The notes beneath the pieces were generated by a model. That model searched no databases, had not been told where the DNA came from, and was given only the letters and a program-made list of their open reading frames with translations. This document shows positions 25,217 to 34,714 of a DNA stretch of 34,714 nucleotides, one piece after another. This DNA is from a virus (Duplodnaviria > Caudoviricetes). Numbering within the stretch: the stretch's first letter is position 1; each line of letters opens with the position of its first letter. The position numbers were made by a program, and so were the translations under genes. The DNA is taken from IMG/VR virus record IMGVR_UViG_3300016474_000243, positions 1 through 34,714 of that record; one strand, given 5' to 3'.

Positions 25217-25986
25217 ATAATCCTTTTGGTATCATCAAAAATACTACTATTATATCTGCAATCTCGCCGTTGTGGGTCTACAAAGTTGCCCCGTATGCAA
25301 TTCATCCACGGCTCCCAGTAATAGGTTAAATCACAAACCCTATGACGTTCAACGTATTTTTTTACGTCAACAGTAGCGCCATCAATGCCGTCTAAATCCA
25401 CTATACACGGCTTAGATATTCTAGGTGCCACTCCATGCCCTTCACAGATGGTTCCGTTGAGACAGCGTTGTTGGTAAGGACTATCCACAATGTTACAACC
25501 AGGCAAAGCATCAGATACCATAGAGGCCATAATTCTTCTTGCTCTTCCATTTAGATCACACTCCAGACACGGGCTTACATAGCAGGTTACATTACTCACG
25601 TTTGATAATCGCTGCTTAAACCTTTCTAGGACTTGCTTAAACCTCGTTACTGCTCGACCATTACCACGGATAAACTCTCTGCTTGCGGATGCTGCCGTTT
25701 GCCCATAAAGCACCTCATAACGACCGCAGCGCTTGTTTCTCATGCAGGGACTATTAGACAGGTGCACCCGTATTATCTTTTGTTTAGGGTCATTTAAGAG
25801 CTTATCAGCGCACTTGCAATCTCTGGCAAATGTACCCTCTAACCAGCCAAGTATTAGCGGCTCCTGGTTACTATAAAACTCAACAGTTGCGTTACAGTTC
25901 CAATTTTTGTGACATAAACCTAGCAAACTTGGAGCCTGCCCATAAGCATTCCCCATTACTGCTAACAATAGCAGTATAAGCCTCAT
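25174..25986 (-). CDS. Secreted Cys-rich protein of unknown function
   Basis: Signal peptide MRLILLLLAVMGNAYG; 18 Cys in 270 aa. Confidence 0.7.
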   Translation of the reverse strand: MRLILLLLAVMGNAYGQAPSLLGLCHKNWNCNATVEFYSNQEPLILGWLEGTFARDCKCADKLLNDPKQKIIRVHLSNSPCMRNKRCGRYEVLYGQTAASASREFIRGNGRAVTRFKQVLERFKQRLSNVSNVTCYVSPCLECDLNGRARRIMASMVSDALPGCNIVDSPYQQRCLNGTICEGHGVAPRISKPCIVDLDGIDGATVDVKKYVERHRVCDLTYYWEPWMNCIRGNFVDPQRRDCRYNSSIFDDTKRIICQYFYPLLDTCLL

Positions 25987-26222
25987 TTATCTAAAGCCTT
26001 GTCTAGTTTGCTTTCAATTCGCTCTAGTCTAGTTTTAATATGATTTAACTCATGCTGCACAATCTGCACTTCAGTAGCTATAACGTACCGATGCGTTTGC
26101 AACTCCTGTAAACTGTTTTTAACACTTCTATAGTCTAGCCCAATAATAGACACTAATACGCCAATAGCGCCTTTAATTATAATATCTAACCAATACTTTA
26201 GCTCAGTTACATCACCAGTCAT
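25983..26222 (-). CDS. Single-TM coiled-coil protein (lysis accessory/holin-like)
   Basis: IIIKGAIGVLVSIIGL followed by heptads ending LERIESKLDKAL. Confidence 0.6.
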   Translation of the reverse strand: MTGDVTELKYWLDIIIKGAIGVLVSIIGLDYRSVKNSLQELQTHRYVIATEVQIVQHELNHIKTRLERIESKLDKALDK

Positions 26223-26638
26223 CAGTGGACTCGCCCCCCTCCGTAAGAATCAATTACAATCAATTCTGCTTCGGGAGTACCTGCCATAAGGTCTAAAAAG
26301 CGATTAAACGCTGACCGACTGGCCAAGATAGCCGACTCATTACCAAGTTTGCCAAACTGCATCCCAAGTAAGATACAGCCGTTAGTGTTCTTATGCGTAT
26401 TACCAGCATGAAACAAGATATGATCACGCTCCGGTACATCCATCACCTGATACGTTTTACCAAACTTAGGACTTTGACGAGGCTTAACCTTATAACGGCC
26501 CACAGGGATGCAACTAATCTGTCGTTCATTATCACGCCAAGCATCTTCAAGCGTAACAAACTCTGGCACGTCATCGACACAGAGCACCCCCAGCGTAGCG
26601 CCGTTGTACTCTGATACTCTGACAAGCCTAAGTCTCAT
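26222..26638 (-). CDS. Putative endolysin, DUF5675 (L,D-peptidase-like) family
   Basis: TLG.L...TLE...SCIPVGRY...VPERDHILFHAGNT...GCILLG...SRSAF. Confidence 0.8.
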   Translation of the reverse strand: MRLRLVRVSEYNGATLGVLCVDDVPEFVTLEDAWRDNERQISCIPVGRYKVKPRQSPKFGKTYQVMDVPERDHILFHAGNTHKNTNGCILLGMQFGKLGNESAILASRSAFNRFLDLMAGTPEAELIVIDSYGGGRVH

Positions 26639-27771
26639 ATCGCAGTTACAGCCTCTAACTGAGTTTCTAGTGCTTCTACTTTTGCCGCTAACTCTTGTAG
26701 CGCTCCAGTTAGTAGTGGAACTAGTTTGCTGTGATCTAATGTTTGCGTCTTAATGGAGCCATCAGCATTGATGGCATCTTTTTCGCCACCGACTGCGTTA
26801 GGCACTACTGCTGCTACCTCGTGAGCTAAAAAGCCTGTAATAGTCTCTGTTGGTTCAGCAATAAAATTAAATGTACAAGGCTTTAACTGATTTAGTTTTG
26901 TCAACGCACCAGTCATGGGAACCACATTTTCTTTTAATCTGTAATCAGATGACGTAGGAAATGATGTGGCCGTGTTGCTCATGTCAACGCCGCCGACATA
27001 CGTTCCATTGTGCCAGTTAAGCAGTGTGGATACAGTGCCAGACGTAGTTTTGACAGCGTACATACTAGCCTGGTCAGTCGCTGTACCTTTATTAAAATAA
27101 GTACCAGGGCCAGTTTGATTTATCGCAGTCTTATTAATAAGCAAATTACCCGATGTATCAACCTGCAATCTAACTGTACTATTTGTGACAAAACTAGGTT
27201 GGCCAGAAGTATCAACTTGTATCGCAGCAGTAGCAGCGCCTACAGCACCTATATTCAAAGAGCCGTTAGCGTTAAATTGATGACGATAAACATTTGTATT
27301 ATCACGCACTGCCAATGCAAAGTTGTTTCTAGCGCCATCTACAATTAGGCCATACGCAGCACCTCCAGTGTCATTGTTAAACACTTGCAATGCATAATTA
27401 GATGGATTAACTGCTTCTATAACGTGCGCTCCAGTATTACCTATGAGCAATCTACGAACGCCATTAGTTGCAAAGCCAAGGTTATCAGCACTTACCGAAT
27501 ACATACCGGTATTGACATCGTTACCAGGGCAAAATGCAGGAGCAGCAGCAGTACCAGCACCAACATTAGTAGGCAAATAACCACCAAGGTTAAGATTGCC
27601 TGTAGCAGAATTAGACCCGTCTTTGTTTAAGCACTGGTTGATACCAGTAGCAAAATCATTGTCCTGGGTGTCATGGCGAGTAGCCTCTATACCAATACCT
27701 AGCGCTGCATCACCAGCCCAGCCACCAGTTCCTGCATTGCCTTTGGTGTAAGTTCCTCCGCTCCATCCCAT
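26635..27771 (-). CDS. Tail fibre/spike with C-terminal S74 intramolecular chaperone
   Basis: TSSDYRLKENV cleavage motif, GFLAHEV, terminal coiled coil and N-terminal attachment domain. Confidence 0.88.
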   Translation of the reverse strand: MGWSGGTYTKGNAGTGGWAGDAALGIGIEATRHDTQDNDFATGINQCLNKDGSNSATGNLNLGGYLPTNVGAGTAAAPAFCPGNDVNTGMYSVSADNLGFATNGVRRLLIGNTGAHVIEAVNPSNYALQVFNNDTGGAAYGLIVDGARNNFALAVRDNTNVYRHQFNANGSLNIGAVGAATAAIQVDTSGQPSFVTNSTVRLQVDTSGNLLINKTAINQTGPGTYFNKGTATDQASMYAVKTTSGTVSTLLNWHNGTYVGGVDMSNTATSFPTSSDYRLKENVVPMTGALTKLNQLKPCTFNFIAEPTETITGFLAHEVAAVVPNAVGGEKDAINADGSIKTQTLDHSKLVPLLTGALQELAAKVEALETQLEAVTAI

Positions 27772-27780
27772 AATTACCCC

Positions 27781-30402
27781 TTACGCTTCTATTAAATTAT
27801 AATTTAGCATTACCCGCCTGATATATGTTTTAGTTTCACCAGGAAGATGCTCATAAAGATTTGCAAAAGTAGGTTCTTTGCCCTCACTTTCGATTTGTTT
27901 TAATTTGTTTTGAACCCTGCCAATACCCCAGTTGTATGCTGCTAGCGCAAGTTTTTCATCGCCTTCAAACTCATTTTCTAACTGCTTTAAATAACGACTA
28001 CCAGCTTCTACATTTTTCTGCGGGTCAAACCTATCAGTAAGTCCTAAGTCTTTAGCTGTTTCTGGCATAATTTGCATCAAGCCACCAGCGCCTTTAGGGC
28101 TAACAGCTTTCGGATTTAAACTTGATTCAGTTTGCATTACAGCTTTTACCAAACGTGGCTCACTGTACTTTTCGCCAACAGGTATGCTTACGTTTTGCTT
28201 GCCTATCTTAATTGATTCAAATTGCGATGTAGGCACTTCTGTAGGCTGATAATTTTGTATCTGATTAAATAAATCTTTAAGTTCAGGAGCAGCAACAGTT
28301 GCAGCAGTTTCAGCACCCGCCATACCTAACATTTCTTGCCGTCTAACCTTGCCCGATTCGTCAACAATATCCAATCCAGCAGCGCCTTCACGACCGGCGG
28401 CAGCACCACCAACACTTCCAACTTGCTCTCCAGCTATTCGTGCTGTTCGTAACGCATCGGCTAATTTACGCACATTACCAAGAGTTTCTAAACTTTGCTC
28501 CGGAGCACTAAACAATAATTTAGCATAGTCACGGTAAAACTTTTCATCTTGCTCGCTACCTAAAATTTTGGAAAGCAATTTGCCAGCCGCGCCAATAGGG
28601 TCTTTGGCTGCTGATACAGCAGATTTAATGGCACTTACGCTTTCTTTTAGCGATTCACCTGCTTGTCTTAATGGCTCTGTAGGTGATCCAGCAAAGTATT
28701 CACGCTGACCTTTAAGAATGTTTTGTTCAATAGTTAGTGGCTCAATGATTGCGTCATACTTGTTGCCTAATGCCGCTTTTAACTTATCGCGTAAGCCAGG
28801 CGAGCCAATAATCTTGTTAATAGGATTGCGATTGTCTTGTGCTTGCTCTAAAGCTCTTTGTAAATAAGAACGAACGCCAGATTCCCATTCAGCTAGTTTG
28901 CCAGCTTGCTCAAAGTCATCGCGTAAACTGGCAATTACATCCGCGTCTAGCGCGAAAACTCTGCCAATGGTGCCTGGCTTATCAGGACTTACATTTGCAA
29001 GAAACCCTATTTTGCTCTGTTCTTTTGCAGTAAGCCCCTTGGACATCTTGGCAAACGTGTCTGTAGCTTTAGCATAATCAGGCGACTCTGCTTTAATTGC
29101 GGCCATTAACTCAGTGCGCGCATCCTTAATTTTGCCAGCAGTAAACTTATTTTTGACCGCTCGCGCCTTACCACTGAGATATTGTTGCGCTTGATGTAGT
29201 ATCTCTATACTTGTATCTGGCTGATCTACTAGTTCTGGCAATTCTTTTTTAACAGCTTTAATAGCTTGCTGAATACGCGGATTTGTTTGTACTAGTTCTA
29301 CGGCATCAGTAGCCGTTAATTGTGGCGTCTTTTCAAAAGCAACTTCGTACAGTCCCTTAGTAGCTTTTTTTCGCGCTACACCAAGCTCATCAAGTAATGA
29401 TTTAGCACTTTCAACTAATTTGTTTGCTCCTGATGTTACATTTCTATCAGGACTGATTACATCAAGAGTTTGAGCAATACGATTGACTGCATCGGCAGCA
29501 CGTTCTTCAATAGCAGTTTTAGCTATTTCCGTGGAAGCTGGGTAATTAGCAATTAATTTTGCTTGCTGATACAGTGCTGGAGATTCTACAGCTTCGGGTA
29601 GGAATACTGGCTTGCCATATTGATTAGCACGAATAAACGCTTCTTCGGCTCCCTGTAAATTTTCTGGCGCTGTTTGGGATAATACTTTAGCTAATTGAAT
29701 TTCTGCTGGGGTATATTTAGGGCCACCAAAACCTATTGCGCCGCGCTCGCTTCCTAAAGTTGTTCCAGCACGACCAAGAATCTCTCCCAGCGCTTCAGTG
29801 CTATACTGAGCGGCTTTTCCAATAACAGGGCCAACAACGCCTCCAACACCAGCGCCCATTAACCCGCCAACTAAACGCTCGCCTGGTTCGGCAGCAGCCG
29901 CGCCATAAATACCACCTTGAGTTGCGCCTGTTAATGCAAGTTCGCCAACTGTCGGAGCGACTGTTTTTATTGCTTCTCCCGTTATTGCTCGTTGTAACAA
30001 TCCAGGGGCAGCACGACTTGCTCCTAATGCGCCGCGAACGCCTCGCAATGCTGTTGCACCAATAGGGCCAGCAATACCTCCAGCTAGTTCTGAAACTAAC
30101 GCTGTGGTAGGGTATTCGGTTCGCATTTGCTCACGTTGAGCTTGTTGCGCTGCTAATGATTGTGCGTATGACGAACTCCCAAACAAAGAACTGAGACCAG
30201 CTAATGCTTCATCTGCTAACCCTAATGTCATCCCCTGACCGGCAAACGACAGCCCAGTTCCTAAGCCACCATATAAATCAACCTTATTTTGCGCTTGTTG
30301 CATGGCTTGACGAGCAGCAGCAAATTCAGCAGCTTTTTCTGCCGGTATTGACGGCGCTTGATAGCTTTGTATTTGTGCAAATAGCTCTTCTGCCGTTGCC
30401 AT
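27781..30402 (-). CDS. Large internal virion/ejection protein with C-terminal lytic transglycosylase
   Basis: GQGMTLGLADE, Gly-rich hydrophobic N-region; QTESSLNPKAVSPKGAGGLMQIMP, ALAAYNWG and ETKTY. Confidence 0.85.
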   Translation of the reverse strand: MATAEELFAQIQSYQAPSIPAEKAAEFAAARQAMQQAQNKVDLYGGLGTGLSFAGQGMTLGLADEALAGLSSLFGSSSYAQSLAAQQAQREQMRTEYPTTALVSELAGGIAGPIGATALRGVRGALGASRAAPGLLQRAITGEAIKTVAPTVGELALTGATQGGIYGAAAAEPGERLVGGLMGAGVGGVVGPVIGKAAQYSTEALGEILGRAGTTLGSERGAIGFGGPKYTPAEIQLAKVLSQTAPENLQGAEEAFIRANQYGKPVFLPEAVESPALYQQAKLIANYPASTEIAKTAIEERAADAVNRIAQTLDVISPDRNVTSGANKLVESAKSLLDELGVARKKATKGLYEVAFEKTPQLTATDAVELVQTNPRIQQAIKAVKKELPELVDQPDTSIEILHQAQQYLSGKARAVKNKFTAGKIKDARTELMAAIKAESPDYAKATDTFAKMSKGLTAKEQSKIGFLANVSPDKPGTIGRVFALDADVIASLRDDFEQAGKLAEWESGVRSYLQRALEQAQDNRNPINKIIGSPGLRDKLKAALGNKYDAIIEPLTIEQNILKGQREYFAGSPTEPLRQAGESLKESVSAIKSAVSAAKDPIGAAGKLLSKILGSEQDEKFYRDYAKLLFSAPEQSLETLGNVRKLADALRTARIAGEQVGSVGGAAAGREGAAGLDIVDESGKVRRQEMLGMAGAETAATVAAPELKDLFNQIQNYQPTEVPTSQFESIKIGKQNVSIPVGEKYSEPRLVKAVMQTESSLNPKAVSPKGAGGLMQIMPETAKDLGLTDRFDPQKNVEAGSRYLKQLENEFEGDEKLALAAYNWGIGRVQNKLKQIESEGKEPTFANLYEHLPGETKTYIRRVMLNYNLIEA

Positions 30403-31631
30403 TACTCCCCTTGCATTACCGCGGTTGCTTGCTGTTTTAAATCTGCAATTCTAGTTGGATCTGTTGTTTGTTTAATTTGATTTAATATATCATTTAAACG
30501 GCCTTGTTTATCTTGTGTTTTTGATTGCCCTGTACCTCCAACAAGTTTCATCCATGGTTCAACTTCGCCAAGATATGAAATAGATTTAGTAGGAAGATTG
30601 CGTTCTTTTGCAAGGTTCTCGTAAAAGTCTTTAGTCGCTTTATAACGCTCTGCTTGTGATTCATATGCACGTTGAGCAATTCGCAAAATACCAGCACGAA
30701 CATCTTCTTGCAGTCCACCTTCTCCGGTTAATGCTCTTTGCAACTGTCCTTTGAATTGATCGGGGATACTTTGACTGCTCATAATAGCAGCTTGCTCGCC
30801 TTCTCTGACGGCCATACCTGGCTCAATTAGTTGAACTGCTCGTCTCACAAGTTCTTGAGTTGCAACAGCGCTAGGATCTTGCACTGCCTTTGTAACGACT
30901 CGCGCAGCGGTGTCAATCAGGCTGTAGTTTTTAACCTCAGGTAATGAACTAAATTCTTTGCGTAATTTGTCACTCTCTTCGCGCTGCTGATCGGTCAGTT
31001 TTGCCCTAGCTGTCAATGCTTCTTTTTGTGGTTTTGTAAGCATTTGTTGCATTTCTGGGTTGGCTAACATACTAGCTGCATCAACTGATTGCGCTGCTTC
31101 TGGTAAGCTAATACCACCCGCCTCTGTTGCTGGTGCGCCAAATATATTGGCTAACCTTTCTTTACGAAGTTTGTCTAATGCTGGCAATTCTTCTAATCCC
31201 ACACCTGCTTCTATAGCTCTTTGTTTTTGAACTTCTATATCAGCCACGCCTCGCAGTTTAAGCAAGTCAGCTTGTCGTGCTCGTTCCTGAGCAGATAATG
31301 CCGTAGCCAAAGTAGAAAGCCTAGCTTGCTGCATGGGGTCATCAATGCCAGCAATAAAATCAGTACGCGCCTGTGGCGTTTCCATGCTCATCATCTGATT
31401 AGCTAGTGTATTAGCTTTTAGCGTGTCTTGTGCAGCTTGGGAACGAGCTTGATAGCCAAGCAATGATTGAAGAAGTATTGAACCTAGACCAATACCTATG
31501 GCTTGCCCTGTAGAGCCGTAGGGGTTAATAAGCTGCGGTGTGGCTTGAGCTAGTGCCTGTTGACCAATGCCATAGCCAGTTTGGGCTGGCGTATAGTTTA
31601 GTCCATATAATGCTTCTTCTAATGTTGCCAT
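30402..31631 (-). CDS. Putative internal virion/DNA-transfer protein
   Basis: Helical A/Q-rich; N-terminal hydrophobic segment; EPGMAVREGE motif; position in the ejection block. Confidence 0.65.
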   Translation of the reverse strand: MATLEEALYGLNYTPAQTGYGIGQQALAQATPQLINPYGSTGQAIGIGLGSILLQSLLGYQARSQAAQDTLKANTLANQMMSMETPQARTDFIAGIDDPMQQARLSTLATALSAQERARQADLLKLRGVADIEVQKQRAIEAGVGLEELPALDKLRKERLANIFGAPATEAGGISLPEAAQSVDAASMLANPEMQQMLTKPQKEALTARAKLTDQQREESDKLRKEFSSLPEVKNYSLIDTAARVVTKAVQDPSAVATQELVRRAVQLIEPGMAVREGEQAAIMSSQSIPDQFKGQLQRALTGEGGLQEDVRAGILRIAQRAYESQAERYKATKDFYENLAKERNLPTKSISYLGEVEPWMKLVGGTGQSKTQDKQGRLNDILNQIKQTTDPTRIADLKQQATAVMQGE

Positions 31632-31637
31632 GCCAAA

Positions 31638-32603
31638 TTATCCTTTCGCTAATCCTGCTCCAAATGCTGCCCCAAAACTTGTTGCTGCCCCTGCTGCTGC
31701 ATTAGCCCAAGGATTTTGCGGTTGCGGTTGATTGCCTTGCGCTAAATTGGCAGCTTCCATTCTGTCATAAAGGCTTGGCCCACCGCCACCACCGCCGCCA
31801 CGAGGAGTTGCTCTTATTTGTTGTAGTTTATATTTATTATCAAGAGCCGCTAATTCTTTAGCATATTCTTGAGCTTGTTGTCCGGTTTGTTGAGCATAAG
31901 CCTGACCTACACCAGCGCCATAAACAGGAGCAAAGGTAGACCCATAAATATCGTATGGCATCTGAGCAGTTTGCATAGCTTGGCCGTAATACTGTTGCTG
32001 AACGCCCTGTGCTGCTTGCTCTGCTGCGCTCATAGCCTCTTGTCTTGCTCTATCTTGACGGTCGGTTAGTGCCTGTAACTCGCGGTTGTATTGCTCCCCT
32101 CCAGGCGCAATTCCTCTGTTTGCCATAGAGGTTTCAAACAACTGCCTTTCTTGTGCAAATTGCTGTGCATTACGACGGTCAAATTGGCCCATAATGTTTT
32201 GCCTAGCTCTTTCCATTTCCTGCGAAAAAACAGGATTGTATTGAGCTTGAGCTTGCATTGGGTCAAACTGCTGAAAACGCTCCTGCATTTGCCCAAACAA
32301 ATCAGCACTACCCCTGAATCCCTCTTCTGCTAATTGTTGAGGTGTTGGTGGCTGAACAGGTTGTTGGCCTTGCACATCTTCTGGCGTTCTAGCGCGTCCA
32401 CCTGGCCCAGTCATTTGCTTGCCGGTAACAGATTGAACGTACTTATTAGCAGCCTCTAAGCCCTTGTTCGCTCGCACTCTAGTATACCTAGCTTGCTGCT
32501 CAGGTGTCATAGCATCAAAAATAGCTTTGTTCTCCGGTCGCGTAGGAGCCGACGGTGTAGTTGTTTTTTTAGGATCTTTTGCTAATGCGCCTTTCTTAGC
32601 CAT
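31638..32603 (-). CDS. Putative internal virion/pilot protein
   Basis: Q-rich helices, MANRGIAPGGEQYN and a Gly/Ala hydrophobic C-terminus; follows the nozzle gene. Confidence 0.65.
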   Translation of the reverse strand: MAKKGALAKDPKKTTTPSAPTRPENKAIFDAMTPEQQARYTRVRANKGLEAANKYVQSVTGKQMTGPGGRARTPEDVQGQQPVQPPTPQQLAEEGFRGSADLFGQMQERFQQFDPMQAQAQYNPVFSQEMERARQNIMGQFDRRNAQQFAQERQLFETSMANRGIAPGGEQYNRELQALTDRQDRARQEAMSAAEQAAQGVQQQYYGQAMQTAQMPYDIYGSTFAPVYGAGVGQAYAQQTGQQAQEYAKELAALDNKYKLQQIRATPRGGGGGGGPSLYDRMEAANLAQGNQPQPQNPWANAAAGAATSFGAAFGAGLAKG

Positions 32604-32605
32604 AT

Positions 32606-34150
32606 TTATACCTGCCCACCCATATCATATCGAATTTCAAATCCATAAATATCACAAGTAGTGTTCTTTATGGCACCACCAAAACGCACTGCTGCACAAT
32701 GACCCTGCCCCTTAACTGCATACCTATCAAAAGTATAAGTCACTTCTGATGACCATGGGCTACCCCAAGGACTGCCCCATACCGTAAATGAACTGGTAGG
32801 AACAATTACGCTAGTACTAACCGAACTACGCTGAAAGTTAGTGTCTAAGCCTAAAGTAAGTGTAGCGCCTCGTTTTATCTTCAACAACGGACGAATATCT
32901 TTGAAGGCTTTATAATTACCTCTACTACCGTAAAAGCTAAACGCCGTTCGGCCAGCAAAGGAAATACTTTGCCCTGATGAGGTAGAAGTTATTGCATCTG
33001 CTTGCCCCGTTTCTCCCTGCCAAATTTGGCCAGTGAGCGAACAATAAAAAGGATAATCAAAAGCTAGGCAAGACGAGTTCATATGACCACCGTCAAACAA
33101 CCTGAAAGTTGTCCAACCTTTTGTATCTAACGAATAAACTAAAAAGTAATTTTCTGTGCTTGATTGCGGTACAGAAATATAAACGCGCCTACCTCTAGGC
33201 CAGACAAATCCAAGCCAATCATGAGAAAAAGGAGTAGTTTGTGCGGCACTAGCAATAATAGGATTTATTTTATTACTTACGCTGTTAATTGCTGTTGCTG
33301 CATCGCTTTGAAATAGCGCAGAAACAGGAACAATCCCGTCTTGTGTAAGTATCCAAACATCTGCATCAACACGAACAAAAGCACGATATCCCAAAGGTTT
33401 TGCGATATAGTAATGAGCAACTAAAGACCAATCGGATGGGCCTGTTCCGCTATAAAAAACAATCTCACCCTCAGAACTACAAGCGAAAAACAAATCTTGC
33501 GATGTAGAAGCAATTTGATTGGTGTAGCTTCCTGCAAAAAGCAAATGACCGCCGCGAGTCATTACATACTTTATATCAAGTATCTCATCTAGCTTTGGAG
33601 AGCCACCAGTACCAGGTACATCAACAGACGCATGTACCCATACAGACATTGTGTTTTTTTGCACAAAGTAAAGTCTGCGTTTCCAGCCTGAACAAGTAAT
33701 AAGATTGTTTAATCCAGCAGTACAAGTAAAAGTTACGTTTGCTGCGTTGCCGGTACCTGTATAAACTTGGGGAGTATCAACACCGTTACAAAGGTATAAA
33801 TTATTTGCAAAAATCTCAGAGTTAAAAATGCTATTGGTGTGCGGGGTTGGGTTTGTTACTGTTGAAACAGCGCCATTAGCCAACACCTTATAGAGATTGG
33901 TATCAGTAGCTACAATTAAATGCTTCGTTCCATCTTGTAACGGCAATTCCCGTGCAAAGTTTAATGGGCTAGCTGGAATGGTAACGCCACTGGTATTAAA
34001 CTGAGTGTACCCAAGTCTTACCGATGGCGCTCCTGCACCAGGAAACACATTTACCAATTCCAGCGCAAAAGCAGGATCCATATTATCGATTGGACTTACC
34101 GCATCCAAACCTCCGTATGGAGGTGACATTGTGAATCCTTGAAACGCCAT
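32606..34150 (-). CDS. Tail nozzle / tail tubular protein B-like (beta-propeller)
   Basis: PPYGGLDA...NVFP...VRLGY N-terminus; repeated beta blades; WGSPWGSPW. Confidence 0.75.
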   Translation of the reverse strand: MAFQGFTMSPPYGGLDAVSPIDNMDPAFALELVNVFPGAGAPSVRLGYTQFNTSGVTIPASPLNFARELPLQDGTKHLIVATDTNLYKVLANGAVSTVTNPTPHTNSIFNSEIFANNLYLCNGVDTPQVYTGTGNAANVTFTCTAGLNNLITCSGWKRRLYFVQKNTMSVWVHASVDVPGTGGSPKLDEILDIKYVMTRGGHLLFAGSYTNQIASTSQDLFFACSSEGEIVFYSGTGPSDWSLVAHYYIAKPLGYRAFVRVDADVWILTQDGIVPVSALFQSDAATAINSVSNKINPIIASAAQTTPFSHDWLGFVWPRGRRVYISVPQSSTENYFLVYSLDTKGWTTFRLFDGGHMNSSCLAFDYPFYCSLTGQIWQGETGQADAITSTSSGQSISFAGRTAFSFYGSRGNYKAFKDIRPLLKIKRGATLTLGLDTNFQRSSVSTSVIVPTSSFTVWGSPWGSPWSSEVTYTFDRYAVKGQGHCAAVRFGGAIKNTTCDIYGFEIRYDMGGQV

Positions 34151-34153
34151 GTA

Positions 34154-34714
34154 TTACCCTCTGCGTTGTCCGTATGGAATCATCTGGTTCCAATCTACCG
34201 GTGGCATATTACCTTGCTGCCCAAGTCCATTTTGCAATGCAAGCATTTGCTGCATTTGCTCATTGTATTGCTGCATAGCCTGCTGCTGATTACCATACAC
34301 TCCAGGACTCAAACGGTACTGACCACCATTATTGGCCGAAGGTTGTGGCATCTGAGGGAATCTAAACATTTTATCAGATGGCATTTGCTGTTGCTGTCCT
34401 ATTGACGCGCCTTGACCAGAGGTAAACGCATTTTGCATTTGTCCCACTTGTTGACCGATGGGCGAGTTTTGACTTTGAGCAACAGCATTAATAAACGCAT
34501 CTCTTTCTGCCGAAGAAGCATCTCTACGCATGACTAAATCATTGTTGAGACCTTGAGGTGGTTGCATTCCTGGGCCTGGTAGCGGTCTCATGCCAGTTTG
34601 AGCAGGAGGCGCAACTTTTGGTCTAAACTGATCCTGTGACGGTACAGGTTGACCAGCAGCAACAGCAGCTTGCTTAGCCGCTTTAAACTCTTTTCTAGCC
34701 TCGCCTCTTAATGG
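34154..34714 (-). CDS. 3' part of the junction-spanning Gln/Pro/Met-rich protein (starts at 53)
   Basis: The frame is open from the window end to the 145-aa ORF; total 198 aa after removing the 17-bp overlap. Confidence 0.88.
   Translation of the reverse strand, partial: PLRGEARKEFKAAKQAAVAAGQPVPSQDQFRPKVAPPAQTGMRPLPGPGMQPPQGLNNDLVMRRDASSAERDAFINAVAQSQNSPIGQQVGQMQNAFTSGQGASIGQQQQMPSDKMFRFPQMPQPSANNGGQYRLSPGVYGNQQQAMQQYNEQMQQMLALQNGLGQQGNMPPVDWNQMIPYGQRRG
34698..34714. repeat. Terminal direct repeat, right copy
   Basis: Identical to 1-17. Confidence 0.95.

Noticed and set aside
29728-29754. SERGAIGF as a prepilin-like cleavage motif in the ejection protein
   Set aside because: It is not followed by the hydrophobic helix such signals require.
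1-34714. tRNA genes, introns/inteins, reverse transcriptase/DGR, or stop-codon recoding
   Set aside because: No cloverleaf or RT motifs were seen. Core genes are intact, of normal length and densely packed under the standard code.

Overview
The window is an apparently complete, circularly permuted genome of a tailed dsDNA bacteriophage with a podovirus-type gene set. A 17-bp terminal overlap gives about 34,697 bp of unique sequence, and one gene reads in frame across the junction. The minus strand carries the late module: TerS, HNH, TerL, portal, a six-gene accessory structural cassette, scaffold, major capsid, decoration and head-spike genes, adaptor, glycine-zipper and other internal virion proteins, nozzle, SLT-bearing ejection protein, S74 tail fibre and a lysis cassette. 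The mostly plus-strand early region (about 17.1-25.0 kb) holds a minus-strand HTH replication initiator with an internal origin (4 iterons, AT-rich stretch, 2 perfect DnaA boxes), Bet, an SSB-like protein, a second HNH and a resolvase. No integrase, polymerase, helicase, tRNA or CRISPR array was recognised. The best leads are: (i) a separately promoted early operon of four envelope proteins ending in a membrane-anchored lytic transglycosylase; (ii) short peptide motifs shared by otherwise dissimilar internal virion proteins (MAxKGALAKxP, RxSxGxY, LFxQIQxYQ); (iii) an 18-Cys secreted protein inside the lysis cassette; (iv) the structural cassette between portal and scaffold; (v) paired TTGTWWACAA operators at three early promoters; (vi) a possible alternative-pairing RNA switch at the capsid ribosome-binding site. 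All family assignments come from reading motifs and gene order; no database search was run.
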